Shown piece after piece: positions 31,801 to 39,305 of a DNA stretch of 64,000 bases. Under the pieces are notes generated by a model. The model ran no database searches and was not told the DNA's origin. It was given only the letters and a program-made list of their open reading frames with translations. A program made the position numbers and the translations under genes. The stretch is from a virus. Each line of letters opens with the position of its first letter. The first letter of the stretch is position 1. The DNA lies in IMG/VR virus record IMGVR_UViG_3300042485_001470, positions 31,082-95,081 of that record; one strand, written 5' to 3'.

Positions 31801-33201
31801 ATGGTAAGTTGGATGAAAGCATCATTCTATTCATCATATTCTTTAATAAATAATGGACCTGCTGATTGGGATAGAAAAAAGGGTAATGGTAGAGTAATGA
31901 AAGCTAATCCAAGAACACAAGGAGCTACAAAGCAAGTTTTATTAGATGGTTTAAAAAACGCAAAAACTCCTGAAGAAAAGGCTCATTATGAAAATCAATT
32001 AAAAGTTTGGAGTAAATTTAAAGGTTATCACGATACGTTTTTGGTTTACAAAAATGATAAAGGATTGGTTTCAGTATTTCATATATCAAATAAAAAAAGT
32101 GATGAGTTAGATGACCCTCAAAATAATACAACTCCTGAAACTAGACTTGCTAACTATATGGCAGCAGCTAGAGAAGCTAATTTAAGTCCTAAAGCAGCTA
32201 AAGCGGTAGCTAACGCACAATCAGTAGCTATGGCAGGTTCTGCTGATAATGATAATATTGCAAAGGGTGCTTGGAATGAAGTAGAAGATGTAAACTTAAT
32301 AACATCATTAGCCGGTAGATTACCTGCTAGAGGTCAAACTGATGTTAAAGATGAATATTATACTGATTTGAAAGGTGATAAATTAGTTAAAGATTGGTAT
32401 AAAAAGAAATATGGTAAAGATAAGTGGGAAGCAAAATGGAAGGCAGCAAAACCAAATGAAGTAATTGGAGTAGTGATGCAAATTGCAGAAGCACAAGATG
32501 ATATTTCAAAACTATCAGGAAACTTTACTAAATTTATGTTAAAGCAAGGTCAATTAGCACAAAGTGTATTTGCAAAAGCTCAATCTGGTATGAATGCAAA
32601 ACAAATTTCTCAAAGCTTTAACGGAATATATTCACCAAAAGAAATACAAGCTATTCTTGATAGTGAAACAATGAAAATGTTAGCTGATAAAAAAGCACAA
32701 CATGCTGCTGGTTTAGAAGGTGTACATAAAGGATTTATTACATCACTACATAAAGCAGATGGTACAAAGCCTGGTCATAGTGGTAAAAACGGACCTGCTG
32801 TTGAAACCTACGTTGCTGGTACGTTAAAAGCATTACATATTGATACCTACGTTACTAACTTTGATGAAAATATTGAGATTGAAATGGGTGGAGTTGGATG
32901 TAAACCTATTGATGTTAGGGGATGTATGGCTAGCCTATCTGGATTTAAGGGAGATATAACAACCCCAGAAGGAAGGGCGGCATTAAATACACATTTGGCC
33001 GAAAACGTAAAAGTAGATGCTGATTCAGATGCGGTATATCTTATTGGTAGTGATGGTAAGACTAGAACTTATTTAGCAAGTGATACTTGGAGACAGGCTG
33101 GTTCATCTAAAAAAATAGCAACTGGTTTTGGTAGTAATTTAAGAAAATGTTTAAAAAAGGCAGTTGGAAGTAGATTATCTAAAAAGAAAGCTAAAAAGTA
33201 G
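25858..33201 (+). CDS. 2447-aa multidomain protein (putative internal head/ejection polyprotein) with ParB/Srx-like domain, poly-Pro tract, hydrophobic segment and HExxH domain
   Basis: LKATQ...PIYVSRDGHVIDGHHRWAA, KKAGAVP(n) repeats, LRTIAHEMVHRKQ. ATG overlaps the nuclease TAA. Confidence 0.7.
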   Translation: MNMNLSELINEILSEWAYRVENGMPDPKNPTHLKELGIVLSEMGLSHIKDTLVENLLVETGKTPQKVVEAEKGNFTNPALNKSIKYKNDKGEDKEGLVGNLLRLPKEHPGRKAAEATLPADGTPERDSINKDLGGEGQPKKPEDGKGKEGGESGGGEDEKMKQAAAMFDPKVDPAMAARMNKEKEVQAQLAKDAEAQNEPPPTPKNQTTNKQLAKAAGFDNVGSWYNDLNKKAMSDDPEVASKAEKDLDTYEKNKVKDAQSTDDFNPIDSKDVAKEMPQADPETFGGDSDIPDGIEPEQLQKFNTDISKVAQQVADAKAKGEPAPNINLCDVTVPGTNLYCDDNLGIPRDQMPQFKGTAQPGSRAAGMDVDASGEVDTEPVFKEMLKEKGIKTLQTEIPADKLKATQQDLVGAKVVGMMGVLKDPNHPAFEKITAPIYVSRDGHVIDGHHRWAAIVAHNAANPDNQIPMKTTVLDMDIKDAIPMANKFAEDMGIAAKKADANKEAPTEQPSEPAKREPANNDPESKAQQFKGKSSGENIQTMEMEGGGFVYGTKHGNTAMVDDILDDVKSKIPKERWKDVVFVGEGGATGDSGEVEFNDEMDYAAPKFKEMGAGVDTWDGDDMDVHNDQSKLYQKQKEKTGFNDSQVKAGNWASMIGQGEGTDTMSPNDYLDDEGKQFLSDAAKEAGFPPIENWNEPTEQDKDTLYRLSFPEDNGDKPTKINDIQVAFNDARDENLIEKNKELTAQGKIPITIAGESHVDLVDKMTRKQKGASSEKLPEPEAPSEEDGGVVYSVGGGYYSDKPDGPAQYVATENVIQKVLIEGDINFSYLLFEAAVTKKTSKGKVVKLRTIKPKDQNKATAAAAAAKPQPPAKIVPPGVKQKPPVIAPPEVKPKSQAPAKIVPPGVKPKASVPPPPPPPPPPLPKKKAGAVPPPPPPPPPTVKKAGAVPPPPPPLPTKKAGAVPPPPPPPPPTAKKAGAVPPPPPPPPPPLPKKKAGAVPPPPPPPPPPPLPKKAGDKSGWDGYEEPEWIKNAPKGWDDDAVKNKSAWGDEPMQEPDWMKGGSSWDKKPMPKGETPPPGTKKAGAIPPPPPPPPPGAKSANNNENIPPTDKQANEQIAQERKGLTHEENQVYEFLEGMPEEQRAEAIQKALDDRSLLQKGLQDTMVGGWFKKKGKMLSNVYDGIKQWYKTGKVGTTKDCSGAPAGPHANKNENIKEDSQNRQDYLASLDKTGKKKKKADDSDCMDVHVEDYQKRDKDGNLMYKKEPVYESGEKPDPKNFGPDGAYFGGLGTGYIGPRKTGTEYGNASKEDAFKASELDSKTGYFKRDGKYYGVDGEEVNAKGQKLDAEGNTTQKTERCFFCFPPGKKVPVTQKVADLEDGLTAEQKHAAHHSEHAQHERKHAMWHLGIEASLIVGGALAGPMILAKMGVGGAAAGAGSHGVAQATSQAATAAAEHHGASAFAAHVLKDFGKHALAETLGVTNPYAAAGSGLAASAVTGGVLESFWKDVEKYNLLSEDIDGEMDENKGKDFLEKIMVLMMEKMKTYKMTPQQKLESIRKYKFEKAENEKKKQKQDKLKDLANLLKEKTAKSKQNSINHFVEFAAKRLNLKETPKINLMSGNEFKNELAALGGYDPSSKEIFVATEGRLTADILRTIAHEMVHRKQEEKGFLKNIDKDGSAGSKIENQANSIAGILMREYGKINKQIYNENTKKQLELVSNLLLEKVNRFIDEAKPKKDDPDVKYIDGKGKEHTIKFSSAIKYDEKHPAYIAAMKLKDTGDNSNDTQTVQGAGLFDDPEYQKRMGAEVPPTQTTPTDSEENPEGLYDPNDKLQSAVVDAKNPKELFSALDELGKDEEDIMLDKVKAGAGGPVASTGETLCTEAQTNMIQGRYNPKEVRSSTEYKAELASVRNVMSGTDKRAKTALTKELDNICDKMGYYKEDGNPDYELAMAMKAEADLYIKQNLPAFKKTNVAKTKFKKEEDMVSWMKASFYSSYSLINNGPADWDRKKGNGRVMKANPRTQGATKQVLLDGLKNAKTPEEKAHYENQLKVWSKFKGYHDTFLVYKNDKGLVSVFHISNKKSDELDDPQNNTTPETRLANYMAAAREANLSPKAAKAVANAQSVAMAGSADNDNIAKGAWNEVEDVNLITSLAGRLPARGQTDVKDEYYTDLKGDKLVKDWYKKKYGKDKWEAKWKAAKPNEVIGVVMQIAEAQDDISKLSGNFTKFMLKQGQLAQSVFAKAQSGMNAKQISQSFNGIYSPKEIQAILDSETMKMLADKKAQHAAGLEGVHKGFITSLHKADGTKPGHSGKNGPAVETYVAGTLKALHIDTYVTNFDENIEIEMGGVGCKPIDVRGCMASLSGFKGDITTPEGRAALNTHLAENVKVDADSDAVYLIGSDGKTRTYLASDTWRQAGSSKKIATGFGSNLRKCLKKAVGSRLSKKKAKK
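28588..28902 (+). repeat. Tandem poly-proline coding repeat (KKAGAVPPPPPP...)
   Basis: About six units with aagaaagcaggagctgt linkers and ccn runs. A further copy lies near 29098-29142. Confidence 0.9.
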
Positions 33202-33229
33202 TGAAAATACCCTTTGATTCCATTTTTCA

Positions 33230-33237
33230 TATTTATA
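33230..33237 (+). promoter_or_regulatory. Putative late promoter core TATTTATA
   Basis: 22 nt before ATG 33260, heading the operon that contains the endolysin. Confidence 0.5.
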
Positions 33238-33259
33238 TGTGATAAAACAAGAACAGAGG

Positions 33260-33691
33260 ATGAAGACACAATTACTTTGTACATTTACAACAAAAGGAGA
33301 GTTACAAAACACTCTACAACAAATTAGAGAAACGTATCATATAGTGTATAATTACATTTATATTTTACAAAATAAATCTAATTTGGATGAGTTGTTTATA
33401 ACGTACAATATAGATACAGCGTTCCAACCGGCAACTCCGTTGGAAAATACTATTTTAATACATAGAAAGAAAGAGTCTAATACACTTTATACTATTAACG
33501 CCTTAAACGAATTGGTTAAGGAAGAAAATGGTGGTGTGTTGGACACTTCTTTTGTCATTAATTGGCAGAAGTTTAAAAATTCAATCATACTAACAAATGC
33601 GGAAGGTACTAAAAAAATTCAGACAAGAGTTTTTGAAGTAATGTCATTTGGTGAGGCTGAAACAAATAACAATAAAAATAGTGAGGGATAA
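33260..33691 (+). CDS. Conserved hypothetical phage protein
   Basis: MKTQLLCTF...TILIHRKKESNTLYTINALN. ATG 33260 preferred over GTG 33239. Confidence 0.7.
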   Translation: MKTQLLCTFTTKGELQNTLQQIRETYHIVYNYIYILQNKSNLDELFITYNIDTAFQPATPLENTILIHRKKESNTLYTINALNELVKEENGGVLDTSFVINWQKFKNSIILTNAEGTKKIQTRVFEVMSFGEAETNNNKNSEG

Positions 33692-33698
33692 TTAAAAA

Positions 33699-34100
33699 AT
33701 GTTTATACCAAATCATTTACATTTACTTGTAAAAGGATACATAAAAACCCCACCACAAACCGAAAACGTATTAAACGAATGGTTTAGACAATTAGTTACT
33801 AAGGTAGGAATGAAAGTGGTAGCAGGACCTACATCGGTTTATGTAAATGAGCCAGGCAACGAAGGAATAACTGGAACAGTAACATTAGCAACATCGCATG
33901 CTAGTATTCATGTTTGGGATAATGAAACCCCAGCTATGTTTCAATTTGATTTATATAGTTGTTCGGATTTTACACCAACACAAGTATTAGACCATATTGA
34001 TGAATGGTTTGAATTAAATGACGCCTATTGGCAATTTATAGATAGAAACGGAAGTACCTTTGAATTAGTAAATTCTGGGCATTTCACAAAAAACAAATAA
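33699..34100 (+). CDS. speD: Pyruvoyl-dependent S-adenosylmethionine decarboxylase-like proenzyme
   Basis: H.HLLV, GITGTVTLATSHASIHVW (autocleavage SH motif), FDLYSC. Confidence 0.8.
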   Translation: MFIPNHLHLLVKGYIKTPPQTENVLNEWFRQLVTKVGMKVVAGPTSVYVNEPGNEGITGTVTLATSHASIHVWDNETPAMFQFDLYSCSDFTPTQVLDHIDEWFELNDAYWQFIDRNGSTFELVNSGHFTKNK

Positions 34101-34116
34101 TTTAAATACTAACATT

Positions 34117-34953
34117 ATGATACTTAAAAAAGGAGACAACAACGAAAATGTTAAGTTGATGCAACAAAAGCTTGGTATTGAGCCGGCTGTAACTAATTTT
34201 GGACCTAAAACCGAAGCAGCTGTAAAAGAATGGCAGGCAAAAAATGGTTTAGTTGCGGATGGTATAGTAGGACCGGCAACTTGGGCAAAGATAATGGGAG
34301 AATCAACTCCAGTACCAACAGCACCAGTTCAACCTGTGGCAAATGTTGGTGGATTGAAATTGGATAAATTGAGAGGACATATTCCTGATGCAGTTATCCA
34401 AATGATTCCTGATACTGCAGCTAAGTTCCAAATTAATACTCCATTAAGATTAGCACACTTCTTAGCACAATGCGGACATGAGAGTGGTGGATTTAGAGTA
34501 ACACAAGAAAACTTAAACTATTCAGCTAAAGGATTGGCTGGTATCTTTAAGAAATATTTCCCAACTGAAGCGGCGGCAGCACCTTATGCTAGAAACCCAC
34601 AAAAGATTGCAAACAAAGTGTATGCAAATCGTATGGCAAATGGTTCGGAAGCAAGTGGTGATGGCTACAAATTCAGAGGTAGAGGATATATCCAATTAAC
34701 AGGTAGAGATAACTACACTCAATTCGGTAAAGCAATTGGCGAAGATATAGCATCAAATCCTGATAAGGTATCATCTCAATACGCATTATTATCAGCAGCT
34801 TGGTTCTGGTCTAAAAACGGATTGAACAAATTAGCAGATGGTGGTGCAACTGATACTACTGTAACATCTATTACTAAAAGAGTAAATGGTGGTACTATTG
34901 GATTAGCTGACAGAATTAAACATTTCAAAGAATACTATCATTTACTAGCGTAA
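34117..34953 (+). CDS. Endolysin: peptidoglycan-binding domain + GH19 catalytic domain
   Basis: FGPKTEAAVKEWQAKNGLVADGIVGPATW, HFLAQCGHESGGF, FRGRGYIQLTGRDNY, ITKRVNGG. Confidence 0.92.
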   Translation: MILKKGDNNENVKLMQQKLGIEPAVTNFGPKTEAAVKEWQAKNGLVADGIVGPATWAKIMGESTPVPTAPVQPVANVGGLKLDKLRGHIPDAVIQMIPDTAAKFQINTPLRLAHFLAQCGHESGGFRVTQENLNYSAKGLAGIFKKYFPTEAAAAPYARNPQKIANKVYANRMANGSEASGDGYKFRGRGYIQLTGRDNYTQFGKAIGEDIASNPDKVSSQYALLSAAWFWSKNGLNKLADGGATDTTVTSITKRVNGGTIGLADRIKHFKEYYHLLA

Positions 34954-34955
34954 AA

Positions 34956-34989
34956 TTTGGTAATCTAAATAAAAATTCGTATATTTATA
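34956..34989 (+). promoter_or_regulatory. Hybrid promoter: TTTG-N20-TATATTTA overlapping late TATTTATA
   Basis: TTTG 34956-59, TATATTTA 34980-87, TATTTATA 34982-89. Confidence 0.55.
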
Positions 34990-35007
34990 GGATATAACAT
35001 TATAAAC

Positions 35008-35985
35008 ATGGCAAACATAAGTTTAAAAAGATTATTAAAGGAAGCCGAAGATTTTAAGGCAAGAAGTAAGGAAACTGGAAAGTTGGTACACTTCAAGTCA
35101 AAAGATGCATATCAAGCTGCATTAAAAGCTGGTTCTCATGAAGACCCTAAAGCTGAAAAAGATAAAACTCCTAAAGCATCTGCAAAACCAAATGATATGT
35201 TTGGTGGCGATTATGCAAAAGATAGAGGTGGTGAACCTAAATCAGATGGTATGGAGACTGTTAAATCAATCGCAGCAAGTACTGGTTTAAGAGCTCAAGC
35301 AGTAGCAGGTTGGGCTGATGAGAATGGTGTAAACCTTTCAAAAGTATCAGATGCATTAAACTCTAAAAAGCTAAAACCAATGGATTTTATGACAGCCGTT
35401 AGTGGTAATCCTGGTAACAAATATGCAAAAGATATAATTGCAAAGTATTCTCAAAATGGAGGTGAAGCTCCAAAAGCTGACGTTAAAACAATTATCAAAA
35501 ATTTATTAAAAACAGCAGATAAAGAATTTAAAGGAGTTTACAAATTAAAAGATATTGCGGATGACCTTAATATAGATGATACTGATGGCGCGGATGGTAA
35601 CATGCTACAAGTAAGAATAGATAGAGGAGAAGATGGTACATATATTCAGACTGATGAAACCGAAGGAGTTATTGTATTTAATGATGGCTCTCAATACAAA
35701 CTACACCATGTTGAAGATGGTCCTATACCTGTAACAAGGATTGATGGTAATGCACCTAAATCGGATGCATCGGTGGATGGACAAACTGATGATGAATTAT
35801 ACGATGCTTTATATGATATGGGATATGATTTCGGAGAACTTGGTAGTGATGATTTTGATGAAGAAGGATTTGCGGATGCAGCGATGAGTTTAGGTTATCG
35901 ATATGATGACAAAAATAAAGTATGGAATCACAGAGATAAAATGAAAGAAAGTTCAACAAAACTAACATCAATGATTAAAAAATAA
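35008..35985 (+). CDS. Hypothetical protein, probable internal head protein
   Basis: N-terminal ISLKRLLKE leader, acidic C-terminal domain, late-type motif upstream. Confidence 0.55.
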   Translation: MANISLKRLLKEAEDFKARSKETGKLVHFKSKDAYQAALKAGSHEDPKAEKDKTPKASAKPNDMFGGDYAKDRGGEPKSDGMETVKSIAASTGLRAQAVAGWADENGVNLSKVSDALNSKKLKPMDFMTAVSGNPGNKYAKDIIAKYSQNGGEAPKADVKTIIKNLLKTADKEFKGVYKLKDIADDLNIDDTDGADGNMLQVRIDRGEDGTYIQTDETEGVIVFNDGSQYKLHHVEDGPIPVTRIDGNAPKSDASVDGQTDDELYDALYDMGYDFGELGSDDFDEEGFADAAMSLGYRYDDKNKVWNHRDKMKESSTKLTSMIKK

Positions 35986-35987
35986 AC

Positions 35988-36019
35988 AAAAGGGAGAAAC
36001 TAAAAATTCTCCCTTTTTT
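35988..36019 (+). terminator. Intrinsic terminator
   Basis: aaaagggagaa / ttctccctttt stem with T-run. Confidence 0.8.
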
Positions 36020-36020
36020 A

Positions 36021-36052
36021 TTTGGTATACTCGACTATTTTTCGTATATTTG
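36021..36052 (+). promoter_or_regulatory. Bacteroidota-type promoter P1 of replication operon
   Basis: TTTG-N20-TATATTTG. Confidence 0.75.
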
Positions 36053-36111
36053 TGTATATCCACAATCATATATAAATGGTAATAGCTCTAAAAAATATAC
36101 CTCAAAAAACA

Positions 36112-36143
36112 TTTGGAATTATGAGAAATTTGTCGTATATTTG
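36112..36143 (+). promoter_or_regulatory. Bacteroidota-type promoter P2 of replication operon
   Basis: TTTG-N20-TATATTTG. A late-like TATTTATT follows at 36155. Confidence 0.7.
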
Positions 36144-36232
36144 TATTTCTATTATATTTATTAATGTAACGGAGGTGTAGGAAAGACACCAAAATAAAAC
36201 CATAAAACTTAAACTCTTAAAACTTAAAAGAC

Positions 36233-37057
36233 ATGGCTATTAACTTAGACGCAATTAAGAGCAGACTTAACAAACTGCAAAACACCCAAAGAACAACTGT
36301 AGAACTTTGGAAGCCAGCACCAGGCAAACACACAATCAGATTGGTGCCTTACAAATTCAATAAAGAAAATCCTTTTATTGAACTTTATTTTCACTACAAC
36401 ATTAACAACAAATCTTACTTATCTCCGATGAGTTTTGGTAGACCCGACCCTATTGTTGAGTTTGCTGATAAACTTAAAAGAATGGGTGACAAGGAAGATT
36501 GGAAAGCTGCAAAAAAGATGGAGCCGAAACTTAGAACTTTCGTACCAGTATTGGTAAGAGGTGAAGAAGGTGAAGGTGTTCGTTTTTGGGGCTTTGGAAA
36601 AACTGTATATCAAGAAATTCTTGGTTATATGGCAGATCCTGATTATGGTGATATTACAGACCCAAATGAAGGTAGAGATATTACTGTTGAAGTAGTATCG
36701 GCTGAAGACAGTGGTACTTCTTACCCTGTAACAACTATCCGTGTTAAACCAAAGGAAACTCCAATGGCAACTTCAAAAGAAGAAACGGATAAGTTTCTAA
36801 ATTCCCAAAAGGAAATTACTGAACTTTATTCAGAATTAACTTATGCAGAATTGAAAAATGTATTAGAAGGTTGGTTAAATCCATCTGGAACTTCTGATGA
36901 TGAGGTATCGGCATCTGCGCAAACCCTATCATCAACGGCTAAAGATGAAGATGAAGCTCCATTCGATACAACTCCATCAAAACCAGCAACACCCGCAGCA
37001 GCACCTAAGAAAGTTGATGATGTGGCAGCAGCTTTTGATGACCTTTTCAATTCATAA
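36233..37057 (+). CDS. Single-stranded DNA-binding protein (T4 gp32-like)
   Basis: WKP..GKHTIRLVP, NPFIELYFHY, WGFGKTVYQE, DYGDITDP.EGRD, acidic C-terminus AFDDLF. Confidence 0.85.
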   Translation: MAINLDAIKSRLNKLQNTQRTTVELWKPAPGKHTIRLVPYKFNKENPFIELYFHYNINNKSYLSPMSFGRPDPIVEFADKLKRMGDKEDWKAAKKMEPKLRTFVPVLVRGEEGEGVRFWGFGKTVYQEILGYMADPDYGDITDPNEGRDITVEVVSAEDSGTSYPVTTIRVKPKETPMATSKEETDKFLNSQKEITELYSELTYAELKNVLEGWLNPSGTSDDEVSASAQTLSSTAKDEDEAPFDTTPSKPATPAAAPKKVDDVAAAFDDLFNS

Positions 37058-37071
37058 AATAATAAGTTAAT

Positions 37072-38193
37072 ATGGCGAAAGCAACTAAGGAAGTGGACTT
37101 AGCAGAAGTGCTAGCGGACTCCCTAAACAAACAAGCGAAAGACCAAAAGGTAGCATTCTTTTTGGACAACAATGACTCCCCTACAAACGTAGAAGGTTGG
37201 GTATCAACTGGAGCATCAATGTTGGATGTGGCAATCTCTAATAGACCTTATGGAGGTTTGCCTGTTGGTAGAATTACCGAAATTACTGGATTAGAACAAA
37301 GTGGTAAATCATTAGTATCAGCTCACTTACTTGCCGAAACTCAAAAGTTGGGTGGTATAGCTGTATTGATTGACACGGAGAATGCAGTAAGTAGAGAATT
37401 CTTAGAAGCCATTGGAGTAGATACAACCAAATTACTTTATGTAGCAGCTGAGACTGTTGAACAATGTTTTGAATATACTGAAACGATTATCGAAAAGGTA
37501 AGAGTTGCATCGAAAGATAAGTATGTAACAATTGTTGTGGATTCAGTAGCAGCAGCATCAACTGAAAAGGAGATGGAAGCTGATTATGGTAAGGATGGTT
37601 ACGCTACGGATAAAGCAATTATCATTTCCAAAGCAATGCGTAAAATCACAAATCTTATTGGTAGACAGAAAATCACTTTGGTTTTCACAAACCAATTAAG
37701 ACAAAAGATGAACGCAATGCCATTCTCTGACCCTTGGACAACTTCTGGTGGTAAAGCAATAGCTTTCCATGCATCAGTTCGTTTAAGATTAAAGAGTATG
37801 GGAACGATTAAGGCGAAAGAAAATGGTAACGATAGAATCGTAGGTATTAAAGTTCGTTGTCAGGTAGTAAAGAATAGGATGGGACCTCCGTTACGTTCCG
37901 CCGATTTCGATATCTTCTTTGACAGAGGGATTGATAACTATGGAGCTTGGTTGGGAATGATGAAAGAAAATGGAATCGTAAAACAAAGTGGTGCATGGTA
38001 TGAATATACTGATATTGATACTGGTGAAATCATTAAGTTTCAGGCGAAAGATTTTCCTTCTACATTGGAAAACAATCAGGAAGTAAAAGAGCAAATCTAT
38101 AAAAGGATTTGTGAAGGTACAATTTTACAATACAAAAAAGATTCACTTGATACTGATAATTTGGTGACAGATTCAGAAGTAATAGGTGATTAA
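37072..38193 (+). CDS. recA: RecA/UvsX recombinase
   Basis: GGLPVGRITEITGLEQSGKS, IDTENA, VVDSVAA, TNQLR, TSGGKAI.FHASVR, KNRMGPP. Confidence 0.95.
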   Translation: MAKATKEVDLAEVLADSLNKQAKDQKVAFFLDNNDSPTNVEGWVSTGASMLDVAISNRPYGGLPVGRITEITGLEQSGKSLVSAHLLAETQKLGGIAVLIDTENAVSREFLEAIGVDTTKLLYVAAETVEQCFEYTETIIEKVRVASKDKYVTIVVDSVAAASTEKEMEADYGKDGYATDKAIIISKAMRKITNLIGRQKITLVFTNQLRQKMNAMPFSDPWTTSGGKAIAFHASVRLRLKSMGTIKAKENGNDRIVGIKVRCQVVKNRMGPPLRSADFDIFFDRGIDNYGAWLGMMKENGIVKQSGAWYEYTDIDTGEIIKFQAKDFPSTLENNQEVKEQIYKRICEGTILQYKKDSLDTDNLVTDSEVIGD

Positions 38194-38210
38194 TAAAGGT
38201 TACAAAAAAT

Positions 38211-39254
38211 ATGAAAGAACTATACAAAAAATTACTCAATGAAGTTGAGACAGAACATGAATCAAACGCCCAAAGGGTAAGGAATGGTAGAGTTCTTATC
38301 ATAGATGGACTCAATACCTTCATCCGTAGTTGGACAACCAATCCTACAATGAATGAGGATGGTGACCACACAGGTGGAGTTATTGGTTCATTGAATTCAA
38401 TCGGATATCAAATCCGTCAATTCAATCCTACTAGAGTTATCCTTACTTTTGATGGTAAGGGTGGCTCTAAAGGTAGGAAAGAATTATTTGAAGGCTATAA
38501 AGCTGATAGAGGTAAGAATCGTTTTAGGGTTAATCGTCAATACCCTGAAATGATGAGTGAAGAAGATGAGCAGGTTTCAATGAAAAGACAATTTGTGTGG
38601 TTAGTAGACTTGTTAGATAGTTTACCAATTACTACAATGATATATGATGGTATTGAAGCAGATGATGTTATCGGACATATTGCTAAGCATGTGCTTGGTG
38701 AAGAAGATGAATGTTATATTGTTTCTACCGATAAAGATTTTTTACAATTAGTGGATGAGAAAACTCTTGTTTATTCACCAACTAAAAAGAAACTTTACAA
38801 TAGAGAACTGGTTAAGGAGGAATGGGGAATATATCCGCAAAATCTTTTACTATTCAGAACATTGGATGGGGATAATTCAGATAATGTGCCTGGCGTAAAA
38901 GGATGTGGATTAAAGACAGTTCTTAAAAGATTTCCTGAATTATCGGAAGATAGAGAAATAACTTTTGATGAATTATTTCAAATATGTGAAGATAAAAGGA
39001 AAGAGGCTAAAATCTATGAAGATATACTTGCAGCCAAAGATGATGTTCTAAGAAATAGACAAATCATGCAATTGCAAGAACCACATATCAATACAAATAC
39101 AAAGTTGAAAATCAATGACCGTTTTGCCGAACCAAACAAAAGGTTTGATAAAATGGAATTCATCAAAGCCGCTATGAAGTATAAAATTCTTCAAAATTGG
39201 AAAGACATAAACGATTGGCTTAAATCAACTTATACAAATATAATAGTAAAATAA
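38211..39254 (+). CDS. 5'-3' exonuclease / flap endonuclease (T4 RNase H-like)
   Basis: LIIDGLN, FDGKGG, YKADR, EADDVIG, STDKDFLQL, GDNSDNVPGVKGCG.KT. Confidence 0.92.
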   Translation: MKELYKKLLNEVETEHESNAQRVRNGRVLIIDGLNTFIRSWTTNPTMNEDGDHTGGVIGSLNSIGYQIRQFNPTRVILTFDGKGGSKGRKELFEGYKADRGKNRFRVNRQYPEMMSEEDEQVSMKRQFVWLVDLLDSLPITTMIYDGIEADDVIGHIAKHVLGEEDECYIVSTDKDFLQLVDEKTLVYSPTKKKLYNRELVKEEWGIYPQNLLLFRTLDGDNSDNVPGVKGCGLKTVLKRFPELSEDREITFDELFQICEDKRKEAKIYEDILAAKDDVLRNRQIMQLQEPHINTNTKLKINDRFAEPNKRFDKMEFIKAAMKYKILQNWKDINDWLKSTYTNIIVK

Positions 39255-39286
39255 TTTGGTGGACTCACTAAATTATCGTATATTTG
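39255..39286 (+). promoter_or_regulatory. Bacteroidota-type promoter for helicase
   Basis: TTTG-N20-TATATTTG. Confidence 0.7.
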
Positions 39287-39305
39287 TAGAACTTTAAAAC
39301 ATAAA

